In this document: positions 54,364-62,589 of the stretch, in pieces
Layout: every line of letters begins with the position of its first letter
How positions within the stretch are numbered: position 1 is the first letter of the stretch
Source: Thermoproteota archaeon
GTDB lineage: Archaea > Korarchaeota > Korarchaeia > Korarchaeales > Korarchaeaceae
Assembly (NCBI GenBank): GCA_026986575.1
Contig: JALSOH010000004.1
Coordinates: 672,001 to 736,000 of the forward strand
Reading direction: 5' to 3'
Length of the DNA: 64,000 nt
Program-made: the position numbers and the translations under genes
Notes under the pieces: generated by a model
The model's input: only the letters and a program-made list of their open reading frames with translations
Told to the model about the DNA's origin: nothing
The model's database searches: none

Positions 54364-55701
54364 TCAGGGCTGCTCGTAGAATGTGGTCGCCTTGGTCGTA
54401 CCATCGTACTTGCCGATGGTCTTGAAGGTCCACTTGCCGTCCACGACCCTCGGGGCCACGATGTCATAGATAGGCACGGCAGCATCGCCGTACTCATCGA
54501 GCAGCTTCCATCCGGTCACTCCATAGAAGTGCTTTGCTATGTGAGGCACCAACTTCTGGAAGACCCTTCCATCGTACTTGTGGGCAACGAGTACAGTGAG
54601 ACCAGCTATCCAGGCGGCGTCGTAGGCGTAGAACGCGTAGGTACTGGCCTCAGGTGATTCACCGAACTTCTTGGTGTACTTCTCTATGAACTCCTTCACC
54701 AGCGGATTGTCCTTGGATCCTACAGCGGGCGTGGTAGCCATGAAGTGCACGCTCTGGAGGAACTTGGCTATGTCCTCCTTGGCCTTGGGCGGCAGGAAGG
54801 TGGCCCTCTTCATGGAGTCAGGCCCGAACCACCTGACCTTGCTGAGCGTCGGATCCAACCTAGCGGCCTCGAGGATCTTTATACCGTCGTCGTCGAAGGC
54901 TATTATGACCACGCCGGTCTCGGCATCGGCGCCGAAGTTGGCGACCGCAGAGCTGGCCCTCTCGACATCAGCGGAGAGGTCGGGCTGCGTGTAGTCGTAG
55001 ATTATCTTGACGACCTGACCTCCGAGCTTCTTGAAGTTCTCCTCTATCAGGTCAGCGAGACCCTTGCCATAGTCGTCGCTCCTAGCCATTATGACCAGCT
55101 TCTTGATCCCCTGATCCCAGATGATCTTGGCCAGAGCCGGACCCTGGTACTTGTCAGGTGAAGGTACCCTGAAACAGTAGTCGTTCTTGACCATAGCAGC
55201 GGTTCCGGTGCTGCTCGGACTTATGGCGGTCATGTGGTGGGACTTGGCGTAGTCGAGAATGGCCTTGCACTCGCTGGTAGCGAGCGGGCCAACGACCATC
55301 TGCACGCCAGCGGACGCGAGCTTCTCGTAGGCAGCTATAGCACCCTCAGCAGAGGTCTTGGTGTCCTCATGGATGTACTTGAGTCTAACGGGAGAGCCAG
55401 CCTCTTCTAGCATAGCGTTTATCTCCTCTATGGCTAGAATTGCCGCGTTTCTCCTCCTAGGACCGTCCACTGCGTAACCTCCAGTGACGGCGATTGCCAA
55501 TCCGATCACATACTCCTTCTGCTCAGGAGCTGCAGCAGTTCCCGTTACAGTGACCGTCTTGGTGATGGTCTGCGCACCGGCACCGCCCACGGTGACGGTG
55601 GTGGTGGACACGCTCACCTTACCAGGGGCGGCCACGTAGCCCAACAGGATTCCTATGATGAAGAGGACAATAGAAACTACTCCCCACGCTTTCGAACTCA
55701 T
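54364..55701 (-). CDS. livK: Branched-chain amino acid ABC substrate-binding protein
   Basis: LAIEEIN, VVGP..T, ISPSST, DDYGKGL, YAYDAAW; N-terminal anchor and Thr-rich linker. Confidence 0.88.
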   Translation of the reverse strand: MSSKAWGVVSIVLFIIGILLGYVAAPGKVSVSTTTVTVGGAGAQTITKTVTVTGTAAAPEQKEYVIGLAIAVTGGYAVDGPRRRNAAILAIEEINAMLEEAGSPVRLKYIHEDTKTSAEGAIAAYEKLASAGVQMVVGPLATSECKAILDYAKSHHMTAISPSSTGTAAMVKNDYCFRVPSPDKYQGPALAKIIWDQGIKKLVIMARSDDYGKGLADLIEENFKKLGGQVVKIIYDYTQPDLSADVERASSAVANFGADAETGVVIIAFDDDGIKILEAARLDPTLSKVRWFGPDSMKRATFLPPKAKEDIAKFLQSVHFMATTPAVGSKDNPLVKEFIEKYTKKFGESPEASTYAFYAYDAAWIAGLTVLVAHKYDGRVFQKLVPHIAKHFYGVTGWKLLDEYGDAAVPIYDIVAPRVVDGKWTFKTIGKYDGTTKATTFYEQP

Positions 55702-56118
55702 TTACTCACCCCTTACAGGGCTTCTTAGGGAGCCTAGCGGTATCTCCCATTCTGATACTCTTAAAATTTACGGTAAAAGTATGAATGAGGCCATAAGCAG
55801 GCTCCTCCTTTGAATGGATTAAAATAAATTGACAAATGGCCCTATCTAAAAATTACGTTGACAATTTCCATTAGCAACTTAGAGACGACATCATTAAGTC
55901 CCAGAACGGCCGTTTTTATGGTAGGACCTTCAGGATACTGTAATACCCACATTCCCATCGAACCAATGTAAACTGCCCCGTATACATGTGCCAAGGCAGA
56001 ATTGAGAGGAGCTTTAATTTAAGACATTTTGACGATGCTTAAGGGTCTGGGAGGATATCCCTCCCTCTTGAGTAAAAATAGTTTCTATTAAGAGAGTGTA
56101 TTATTTTTACACAATGGA

Positions 56119-57021
56119 TCAGGGACTCTCCGCTTGATTAGTACGAGATCTGAGTCTTCCGTAACCGATCCAAGCCAATAACGCGACTAGCAGTGGTATC
56201 GCAAGGAAAGCGGTCCCGACCACCAGGATATATATGGAACCCATCAGGGCTCTGCTCGCATCCTCGATTACCTTATCCCAGAAGCTCTTTTCCGTCGTAC
56301 CAGCCCCTCTTTTCTGGAGATTCACGTTAATGGTGGCGTAGTCCACCCTATTCCTCATGCTCTCCCTCATTGCCTCCAGCCTCTCTATTCTCTCCCTGAC
56401 AGCTGAGAGGCGATCCTCTATCTCAAGTATATCTCTAACATTCTCTGCCTTGTTCAAAAGATCCAGTAGTCTCTGCTCCTCCGCCTTAGCGTTCCTCAAC
56501 CTAGCCTCCAGATCAACGAGGGCATCCGTCAGATCCACGGTGTTTATCTCCTCAAGTTTCACCTCACCTAAGGACCTCAACTGAGGGAGCGCAGCGTTCA
56601 AGTTGCTCTTGGGTATCTTGATGGTGAGATATGCCCTGTCCTTAGTCACACTAGAGTGCTTAACGTAGCCACCAAGCGAGTAGGCCAATTGTGCCACCTT
56701 ATTTGCCGTATTCCCCACATCCTCTACTTCTAGGACCATGGAAACCGTGATAGATATCTCCCTACCTACCTCAAACGTTCCCGGGATGAAATCGGTCCCA
56801 GCTGAGGACTTACCGTACTCCCCAGCGATAGCAGTCGTTCTTACGGTCTCCGGCTTGGGAGCCACGGGACCGTAGCCACCTTTCCCTTCTAACATTTCTC
56901 TGGGCCTTCCTCTTGGGAGCTCCCTCTCTATTTCCGGATAGTAGATGTATCCCGCCACGATCAGCGTGAGAAAGATTAACACCGCCACCAAATATCTCTT
57001 ATTCATGCAACCCCCAAGCAT
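56119..57021 (-). CDS. DUF4349-like membrane protein
   Basis: GGYV, DLTDALVDLEARL...EQRLLDLL.KA...DILEIEDRL, VDYATI; N- and C-terminal TMs. Confidence 0.8.
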   Translation of the reverse strand: MLGGCMNKRYLVAVLIFLTLIVAGYIYYPEIERELPRGRPREMLEGKGGYGPVAPKPETVRTTAIAGEYGKSSAGTDFIPGTFEVGREISITVSMVLEVEDVGNTANKVAQLAYSLGGYVKHSSVTKDRAYLTIKIPKSNLNAALPQLRSLGEVKLEEINTVDLTDALVDLEARLRNAKAEEQRLLDLLNKAENVRDILEIEDRLSAVRERIERLEAMRESMRNRVDYATINVNLQKRGAGTTEKSFWDKVIEDASRALMGSIYILVVGTAFLAIPLLVALLAWIGYGRLRSRTNQAESP

Positions 57022-57086
57022 AGATGTTCATTCAACCTAAAAAGGGGAAGGGAAAGGTTCGGTGAAAATTGAACCAATCTATTCCT

Positions 57087-57953
57087 CTATTCCATTATAT
57101 TTGGATGGAACAAGAGGTGATCGGCCGCAACGGTCAGGACTCTCCCCCCGTACTCCTTCAACACCTCCTTAGCCACCTTGTAGTGGGCACCTGTTGACAT
57201 TCCTCCGAGCACTCCCTTCTCCGCCAACCTCCTCGCCCATGAGATCGCCTCATCAGGACTGACAGCTCTCACTTCATCCACTATGGACAGGTCTAGGTTC
57301 TCGGGTATGTGGAAGGAGTCGTAACCATCGATCTCTCCTCTAAACTCCCCCTCTATCCCGAACTTCTTGGCAATCTCCGAACCTACCGGCGTAACTGCAA
57401 TTATCTTGATGTCATACTCCTCCTTGAGTATGCGACCGACGCCCGTGATCGTTCCACCCGTTCCCACTCCCATGACGAAGACATCTACCTTTCCGACTTG
57501 CTCGATTATCTCGCGGGCCATGCTCTCCTGTCCCCGAGGGTTCGCAGGATTTGAGTCCTGCATGAGGAAGTGAGCACCCCTTTCCCTCTGTATCCTCTCG
57601 GCGACGGAGAATATACTTCTAGGATCATCAGGGGGGACGTTGGGGCAGAGGGTGACGTGAGCACCTAACCTCCTCATCAGGGATATCTTAACGGGGCTGG
57701 CGGTTTCTTTGGCCACTATGTAGACCTCGAACTCCATCAATTTCCCGTAAAGGGATAGAGCAACACCCGTACTCCCACTTGTGGCCTCCACTATTGCTCC
57801 CCCTCTCCCCTTCCTGTCAACGAGGTCTAAGAGCATGGACACGGCCATCCTATCCTTGTGGCTGCCTCCCGGATTCAGGTACTCGAGCTTGAATAAGATG
57901 CTATCCACCTCAACAATCGGGGTGTTCCCGACCTGCTCCCAGAGTTCAGCCAT
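57087..57953 (-). CDS. Cysteine synthase/cystathionine beta-synthase family PLP enzyme
   Basis: VGNTP, KLEYLNPGGSHKDR, EATSGSTG, GVGTGGT, GMSTGA. Confidence 0.85.
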   Translation of the reverse strand: MAELWEQVGNTPIVEVDSILFKLEYLNPGGSHKDRMAVSMLLDLVDRKGRGGAIVEATSGSTGVALSLYGKLMEFEVYIVAKETASPVKISLMRRLGAHVTLCPNVPPDDPRSIFSVAERIQRERGAHFLMQDSNPANPRGQESMAREIIEQVGKVDVFVMGVGTGGTITGVGRILKEEYDIKIIAVTPVGSEIAKKFGIEGEFRGEIDGYDSFHIPENLDLSIVDEVRAVSPDEAISWARRLAEKGVLGGMSTGAHYKVAKEVLKEYGGRVLTVAADHLLFHPNIME

Positions 57954-58344
57954 AACGGATCCATGTCGGTGATAGGTGCGAAAAATAAAAGGGAAGGTGA
58001 ATACCAGCCATCCTCCTCTGAGTCATGGCAGCTGGCTGCTACGGGGGAAGCATTATGGGGTTGATGGGAGCAAGTACTGATCCTCTTTAACCTCCAATCG
58101 GTTATTCTAAAGGCATGGATGTAGTCCCTTTGCTCACGGCTACCGTAGATTGAGGTAATAAATTCCAAGTCCAAGCAGTTCATCAATCCTCATTAAAGGG
58201 ATTACCGCTAAATTCGTTTAGAGAGGTACGTGAGATCACGACTTAATATTCTATTAAGCAGGATAAGACGGGTCTGGGTCTCGCTCTATCCACACCTCGC
58301 TAATCATCACAAAAAGGATTGAGGTGGGAGAGACTAACGAAGTA

Positions 58345-60030
58345 CTAATGGGACCTCCTCCTCAGCAAGAATATGGCAATTAGCGCTAGGATCACAACGA
58401 GCGGAATTGCTACGAACAGGGCATTAACTCCTTCTCTTCTCGTCTCTGTAGTCGTTATTTCGGTGACTGGGATACCAGATGTAGCTGCTCCAGTTCTGGA
58501 TTTAGTGGTAGTCGAGGGACCGGTAGCTCCTGTGGTTTTGGTGGTGACAGGAGTACTTGAGGTAGTTTGGGCCTGTTCACCTTCCAAGACCTTTATTCCC
58601 AATGATAGATTGGTTTCATAACCCCCGCCCCGGGCCGTCAATAAGAGGATATGGTCCCCTAGGGGCGCATCAGCAGAAGCCCTGATGGTTACCTCTGTCT
58701 TGAAGGGTGGAACACCGTCCTCTGGATCGAAGGAGAGGTTTAGGCCTTGGGGTGTTTCCGCACTTAGATGAACTTTCGACCAAAACTTACCTCTGGGAAC
58801 TAGATTCAGAGAGAATGACGCGGAGCTACCTCTCTTCACCGAGAGTTTAGTTGTCTCAGGCATAAGGAGGAAGTAATCCTTCAAAATCTCCTTCTTCTCC
58901 TCCACCACCAGCTTGATTGAGGCTCCTGAGAGGGAGAAGTACTCCTCGTTGTACCCTATTGGGGCTGGAGAGAATTTGAGAGTATATTCACCCAGCTCAG
59001 CGTTCTCGTCAACCGTCACATAAGCTTCGAAGGCGGATCCATTATCAAGGGGATGGACATCTACGGTCACGCCATTTCCACCGACTACCTCGCTTTCCAC
59101 CTCTAGATTACCTAGGAACGTGCTATCTACAGCGATACGAAAACTGGTGTTCTCCCCCGGGTGCATGATTAGAGGTGATTGGGTTTCAGCTCTGAGGCTA
59201 ACGGTGGGGCCTGTAAAGTTTATCATCAAGAGGGGCGTGTACTCCGGCACATTTCTCTTTTCAGTCAGCTCTTTGCTGTAGAATTTAGCATAATACTGGG
59301 CTTCCTTTCTCAGGAACTCATAGCTCTTGGCTTCGGCAGCTCCTCCTCCTTGATAATTCCTAGTAGCTATAATCTCCTTAGGCCCGGGGTACTTACCAGG
59401 ATCCGGTGTGATCAGGATGCCACAATTAGGAATCTCTCCTTTCACTACTCTCCTATAGTAATCCGTTACGTTGAACCTGTAATATCCTGTGCTCTTTTGG
59501 AACTTTCCAAGGGTCCCCTGATCCAAGAGGGTCTTCTCGTGAGTACCACCGTCCTCCTTCCATCTGGTTCCCTCGAATCTACTTAACCAAGTCACCTCGC
59601 TCTCCTTAAAACACTCCTCAAGACCGTATATTTTCACTGGGAGGCTGTCGTAGGGGAAGTATACGTGTAACTGGAGGATAGCTCCAGTAACTTCCGAGCC
59701 GGGAGGTATTTGGCTTAGATTGAAGTGAACTAAGATATTCCTTTTATCCATCACTTCATATTTCTGCTTACATTTTATTCCCTTACCTCCTGGATACGGA
59801 TCGGTGTATCGGAAAATCTCACAGTCGTATTGAGAGAGATACTTGGAGAATCCGATTATCAGGTAGTCCTCGAGGCCTGCCTTCCAACTGGGTTTGTCTT
59901 GGGCGATGTAAGAATCCGATAAAACTGTGATATTCAAAGATATTTGCTTGGGTTGTGCTAGAGAAGGTACCAGAATCAAGGAGACGGCTAGAGAGAACAG
60001 CAGAATGTATTTAAATGAAGGACTGAACAA
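58345..60030 (-). CDS. Cell-surface protein with DNRLRE-like domain, Ig-like domains, Thr-rich stalk and C-terminal TM
   Basis: Signal peptide; DSYI, LVHFNLSQIP.GSEVTGAILQL, EVTW, FNVTD, PLL.I; TM followed by RRRS. Confidence 0.7.
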   Translation of the reverse strand: MFSPSFKYILLFSLAVSLILVPSLAQPKQISLNITVLSDSYIAQDKPSWKAGLEDYLIIGFSKYLSQYDCEIFRYTDPYPGGKGIKCKQKYEVMDKRNILVHFNLSQIPPGSEVTGAILQLHVYFPYDSLPVKIYGLEECFKESEVTWLSRFEGTRWKEDGGTHEKTLLDQGTLGKFQKSTGYYRFNVTDYYRRVVKGEIPNCGILITPDPGKYPGPKEIIATRNYQGGGAAEAKSYEFLRKEAQYYAKFYSKELTEKRNVPEYTPLLMINFTGPTVSLRAETQSPLIMHPGENTSFRIAVDSTFLGNLEVESEVVGGNGVTVDVHPLDNGSAFEAYVTVDENAELGEYTLKFSPAPIGYNEEYFSLSGASIKLVVEEKKEILKDYFLLMPETTKLSVKRGSSASFSLNLVPRGKFWSKVHLSAETPQGLNLSFDPEDGVPPFKTEVTIRASADAPLGDHILLLTARGGGYETNLSLGIKVLEGEQAQTTSSTPVTTKTTGATGPSTTTKSRTGAATSGIPVTEITTTETRREGVNALFVAIPLVVILALIAIFLLRRRSH

Positions 60031-60151
60031 ATTACCAGCCCGTTAAGTTAACTCATTAACTCACTTATTAGTCTTACTTTCTACTGAACTCGCCTCGGAG
60101 AAGGGAGTTATTTGGTCATCGAGCATGCAACCTGTCAACTAAGCTGAGTCC

Positions 60152-60775
60152 TCACTGTATCGTCCTCTCGAGAACTGCCAAGCTAACGGCGAGAGCTGCT
60201 AGATTGGATTCCGTTCGAGATTCACCCAAGCCAATGACCAAGATGTCGCCATCAGATGGGTGGAACGCCTCCCTGATAAGAGATTCGTCCGTCGATTTGT
60301 ACTTCTCTAACGGTTCCATGGTATCAGGGAAGAATAGATGTCCGCCCTTGGATGCGAGAATTATCGCACCCCTCCCCCCAGCCCTAACTGCCTCATCCCT
60401 GAGATCAACGACATTGAACTCTAGTCTATAGGGAACCCTCACCAAGAATATTGTTACCTTTCCCCTAACTAAATCCCGAAGATCTAGCTCCACGGGGCCC
60501 TTCAGGAACTTCCTCAGTTCTTTAACTTCCCTAAGGCCCTTTTTCGTCAGGTAACATCCATCTCGATCGACCTTCAAGTATCCTGCCTCCCTGAGTCTCC
60601 TTATGAGGCTCCTGACGCTGCCTTCTCCTATATCCATGAGATCTGCGAGCCTTTTCCTACCTATAGGGCCTTCCTCAAGGAGCAGGATCATCATAACCGC
60701 ATGTATGAAATTAAAACTAGGGGTGGGCCCGGGTAGTCTTTTAACGGCACTTTTTAGCTCCTTTAGTACTCTCAA
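60152..60775 (-). CDS. Winged-helix protein (DUF4443-like)
   Basis: GPIGRKRLADLMDIGEGSVRSLIRRL; LRDEAVRAGGRGA. Confidence 0.75.
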   Translation of the reverse strand: MRVLKELKSAVKRLPGPTPSFNFIHAVMMILLLEEGPIGRKRLADLMDIGEGSVRSLIRRLREAGYLKVDRDGCYLTKKGLREVKELRKFLKGPVELDLRDLVRGKVTIFLVRVPYRLEFNVVDLRDEAVRAGGRGAIILASKGGHLFFPDTMEPLEKYKSTDESLIREAFHPSDGDILVIGLGESRTESNLAALAVSLAVLERTIQ

Positions 60776-60820
60776 TTCGATCCGAGGATCAGTAGCAATC
60801 TTTATTAAATAGCTTTTTGG

Positions 60821-61291
60821 ATGGATTATCCATCCAAGGTGGCTGATATGGATGAGAGAGCTTGGAAGATAATATCAATTCTCCTCCTCGCTTGGGCCGT
60901 ATCAGTGACGGCTCTTTACGTGGGCAGCTGTTTCAACACCACCCCCGGTAATTCTGGATCTATGATTACCGTGAACCTAGGTATCAAGTACAAGGGGGAG
61001 AACGTGGAGTGGCACAATTTGACGGAGGTACCCGCGGGAACTACACTATTGGGTGCGACCGAGGTGGTGACCGATGTCAACTACACCACCTATCCCGGGA
61101 TGGGGGCCTTCATCAACTCAATAAATGGGGTTGAGAACGAGAAGCCATACTACTGGATTTGGTGGACGTGGAACCCCTCGACGGGCTGGACCCTTGGTCC
61201 CGTGGCTGCGGATAAATACGTCCTGTCTGACGGGGAAACGGTGATGTGGTACTACGAGGATACAAGCAAATATCCCCCAGAAAAACCCTGA
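60821..61291 (+). CDS. DUF4430-like (transcobalamin C-terminal-like) membrane-anchored protein; start may be 60848
   Basis: GAFINSINGV, YWIWW, AADKYVLSDGETVMWYY. Confidence 0.75.
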   Translation: MDYPSKVADMDERAWKIISILLLAWAVSVTALYVGSCFNTTPGNSGSMITVNLGIKYKGENVEWHNLTEVPAGTTLLGATEVVTDVNYTTYPGMGAFINSINGVENEKPYYWIWWTWNPSTGWTLGPVAADKYVLSDGETVMWYYEDTSKYPPEKP

Positions 61292-61557
61292 GGAGGTTGG
61301 CCAGAGGCCTTCCTCCTCTAAAACCACGAATAGCGCTGGATTCAGAATGGGAGCTGATGACGCCCGCGAAGGTCTCCAGAGACCAGCTCCCCCGCATCTT
61401 CAAAACGGGTGATGAGTCGATTTGAAGTGGGAGTGATGCTTACTCTCCCTGCGAGCTCTCGAGAGGTTTACCACCGCCGTTATCGGAAATCATCTCACCG
61501 CATTCAAGTTCCTCCTGCACCGGGGTGCGACTGTAGCTAGGGCGGATCCTTAAAACC

Positions 61558-61776
61558 TCACGAAGCGACCAGAAAAGCCAACAATCCAAAGGTAGCAGCC
61601 ATTATACCGCTTAAAAGATGTACTAGTCTGACGTAGCGGAGCACCCGCCTAACCCTCCTTGGAGACCACAGGAGGATCAGACCACTCATCACCGTGAGGA
61701 TTCCGTATATTACAGCCATGTAGCCGAGGCCGTGATGATCTAGCACGACCCACCTGAGGATGTCAAGATTAATCAT
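61558..61776 (-). CDS. Small two-TM membrane protein
   Basis: ATGA overlap with the nitroreductase stop; two hydrophobic helices with His (DHHGLGY, LVHLLSG). Confidence 0.6.
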   Translation of the reverse strand: MINLDILRWVVLDHHGLGYMAVIYGILTVMSGLILLWSPRRVRRVLRYVRLVHLLSGIMAATFGLLAFLVAS

Positions 61777-62501
61777 TGCCTTCTCCCCAATGGAAATATA
61801 TACAAAGGATCCTCCTCACACTCGATGATTTCCTTGACCTTATCATCGTAGAAAGCTCCCACGGCCACGGTCCCCAATCCCAGCGCGGTGGCTTGTAGGT
61901 AAATGTTCTGGCCGACATGCCCAGCCTCCATGTAAACGTACCTAACTCCCCTCTCCCCGTAAACAGATGTCGTCCTTTCAAAGTTGGCCGCTATGATAAG
62001 ACATACTGGGGCCTCCCTCACCCATTCTTGGTCTAAGGCTGCTTTACCAAGATCAGAAGAGTAGTCTCCCTCCCTCACGAGGTGGAGGGCGTGGTCAAAC
62101 GGGTCGTAGAGGTATATGCCAGGAGCTAGCCCTTCGACACCTCCTTCTCTCACCGAGACGTATATGGTGATAGGATAAGTGGCTCCCGCGCTCGGCGCCG
62201 CCCTAAATCCCTGACTATGTAAGGTTATTCCCTGAGCAGACCAGAGAACCTGACCCAATTCGCTTAGAGTAAGGGGTTCCGCTGAGTACTTCCTGATAGA
62301 TCTTCTCCTATAGATGGCCTCCTCCACACTCATCTCACCGGTGAGAGCCGGCTCTGGCAACATTACTGTACCTCTTACGCCACTGATCTGTTTGCTAGGG
62401 GCCAAGTAATTGATGGCGCCTACGTAGATGGATAGTACAAAGCAAGAGAGCGCGAATATCGCAGCTATAGCGAGGCTCTCTCGCACGGGGGGATATCTCA
62501 T
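61773..62501 (-). CDS. SagB/ThcOx-type nitroreductase-family protein with N-terminal TM
   Basis: RRSIRKY, LWSAQG, RAAPSAGATYP, YGERG.RY..MEAGH..QN, GAFYD. Confidence 0.88.
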   Translation of the reverse strand: MRYPPVRESLAIAAIFALSCFVLSIYVGAINYLAPSKQISGVRGTVMLPEPALTGEMSVEEAIYRRRSIRKYSAEPLTLSELGQVLWSAQGITLHSQGFRAAPSAGATYPITIYVSVREGGVEGLAPGIYLYDPFDHALHLVREGDYSSDLGKAALDQEWVREAPVCLIIAANFERTTSVYGERGVRYVYMEAGHVGQNIYLQATALGLGTVAVGAFYDDKVKEIIECEEDPLYIFPLGRRQ

Positions 62502-62589
62502 CTCTTAAGTAATCTGGGTTACAGGGAAAAACGTGCCTACCCAAACTTTTTAACTTCCCACTACACGGGGGGATCGGTGCTGCCCATGG

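Noticed and set aside
55702-56118. AT-rich 400-nt gap as replication origin
   Set aside because: No ORB-like repeats and no cdc6/orc1 nearby; explained by promoter/terminator sequence
57875-58186. 103-aa ORF upstream of the cysteine synthase
   Set aside because: Atypical composition, overlaps the next gene out of frame, and runs through a T-rich tract
61349-61391. Hammerhead ribozyme (CTGATGA...GAA three-way junction)
   Set aside because: GAAG instead of GAAA, no U at the cleavage triplet, and stem II too short; kept only as generic structure
61297-61425. Short ORF with QLPRIFKT resembling RNA polymerase Rpo5
   Set aside because: Similarity limited to a few residues; the rest of Rpo5 is absent in all frames
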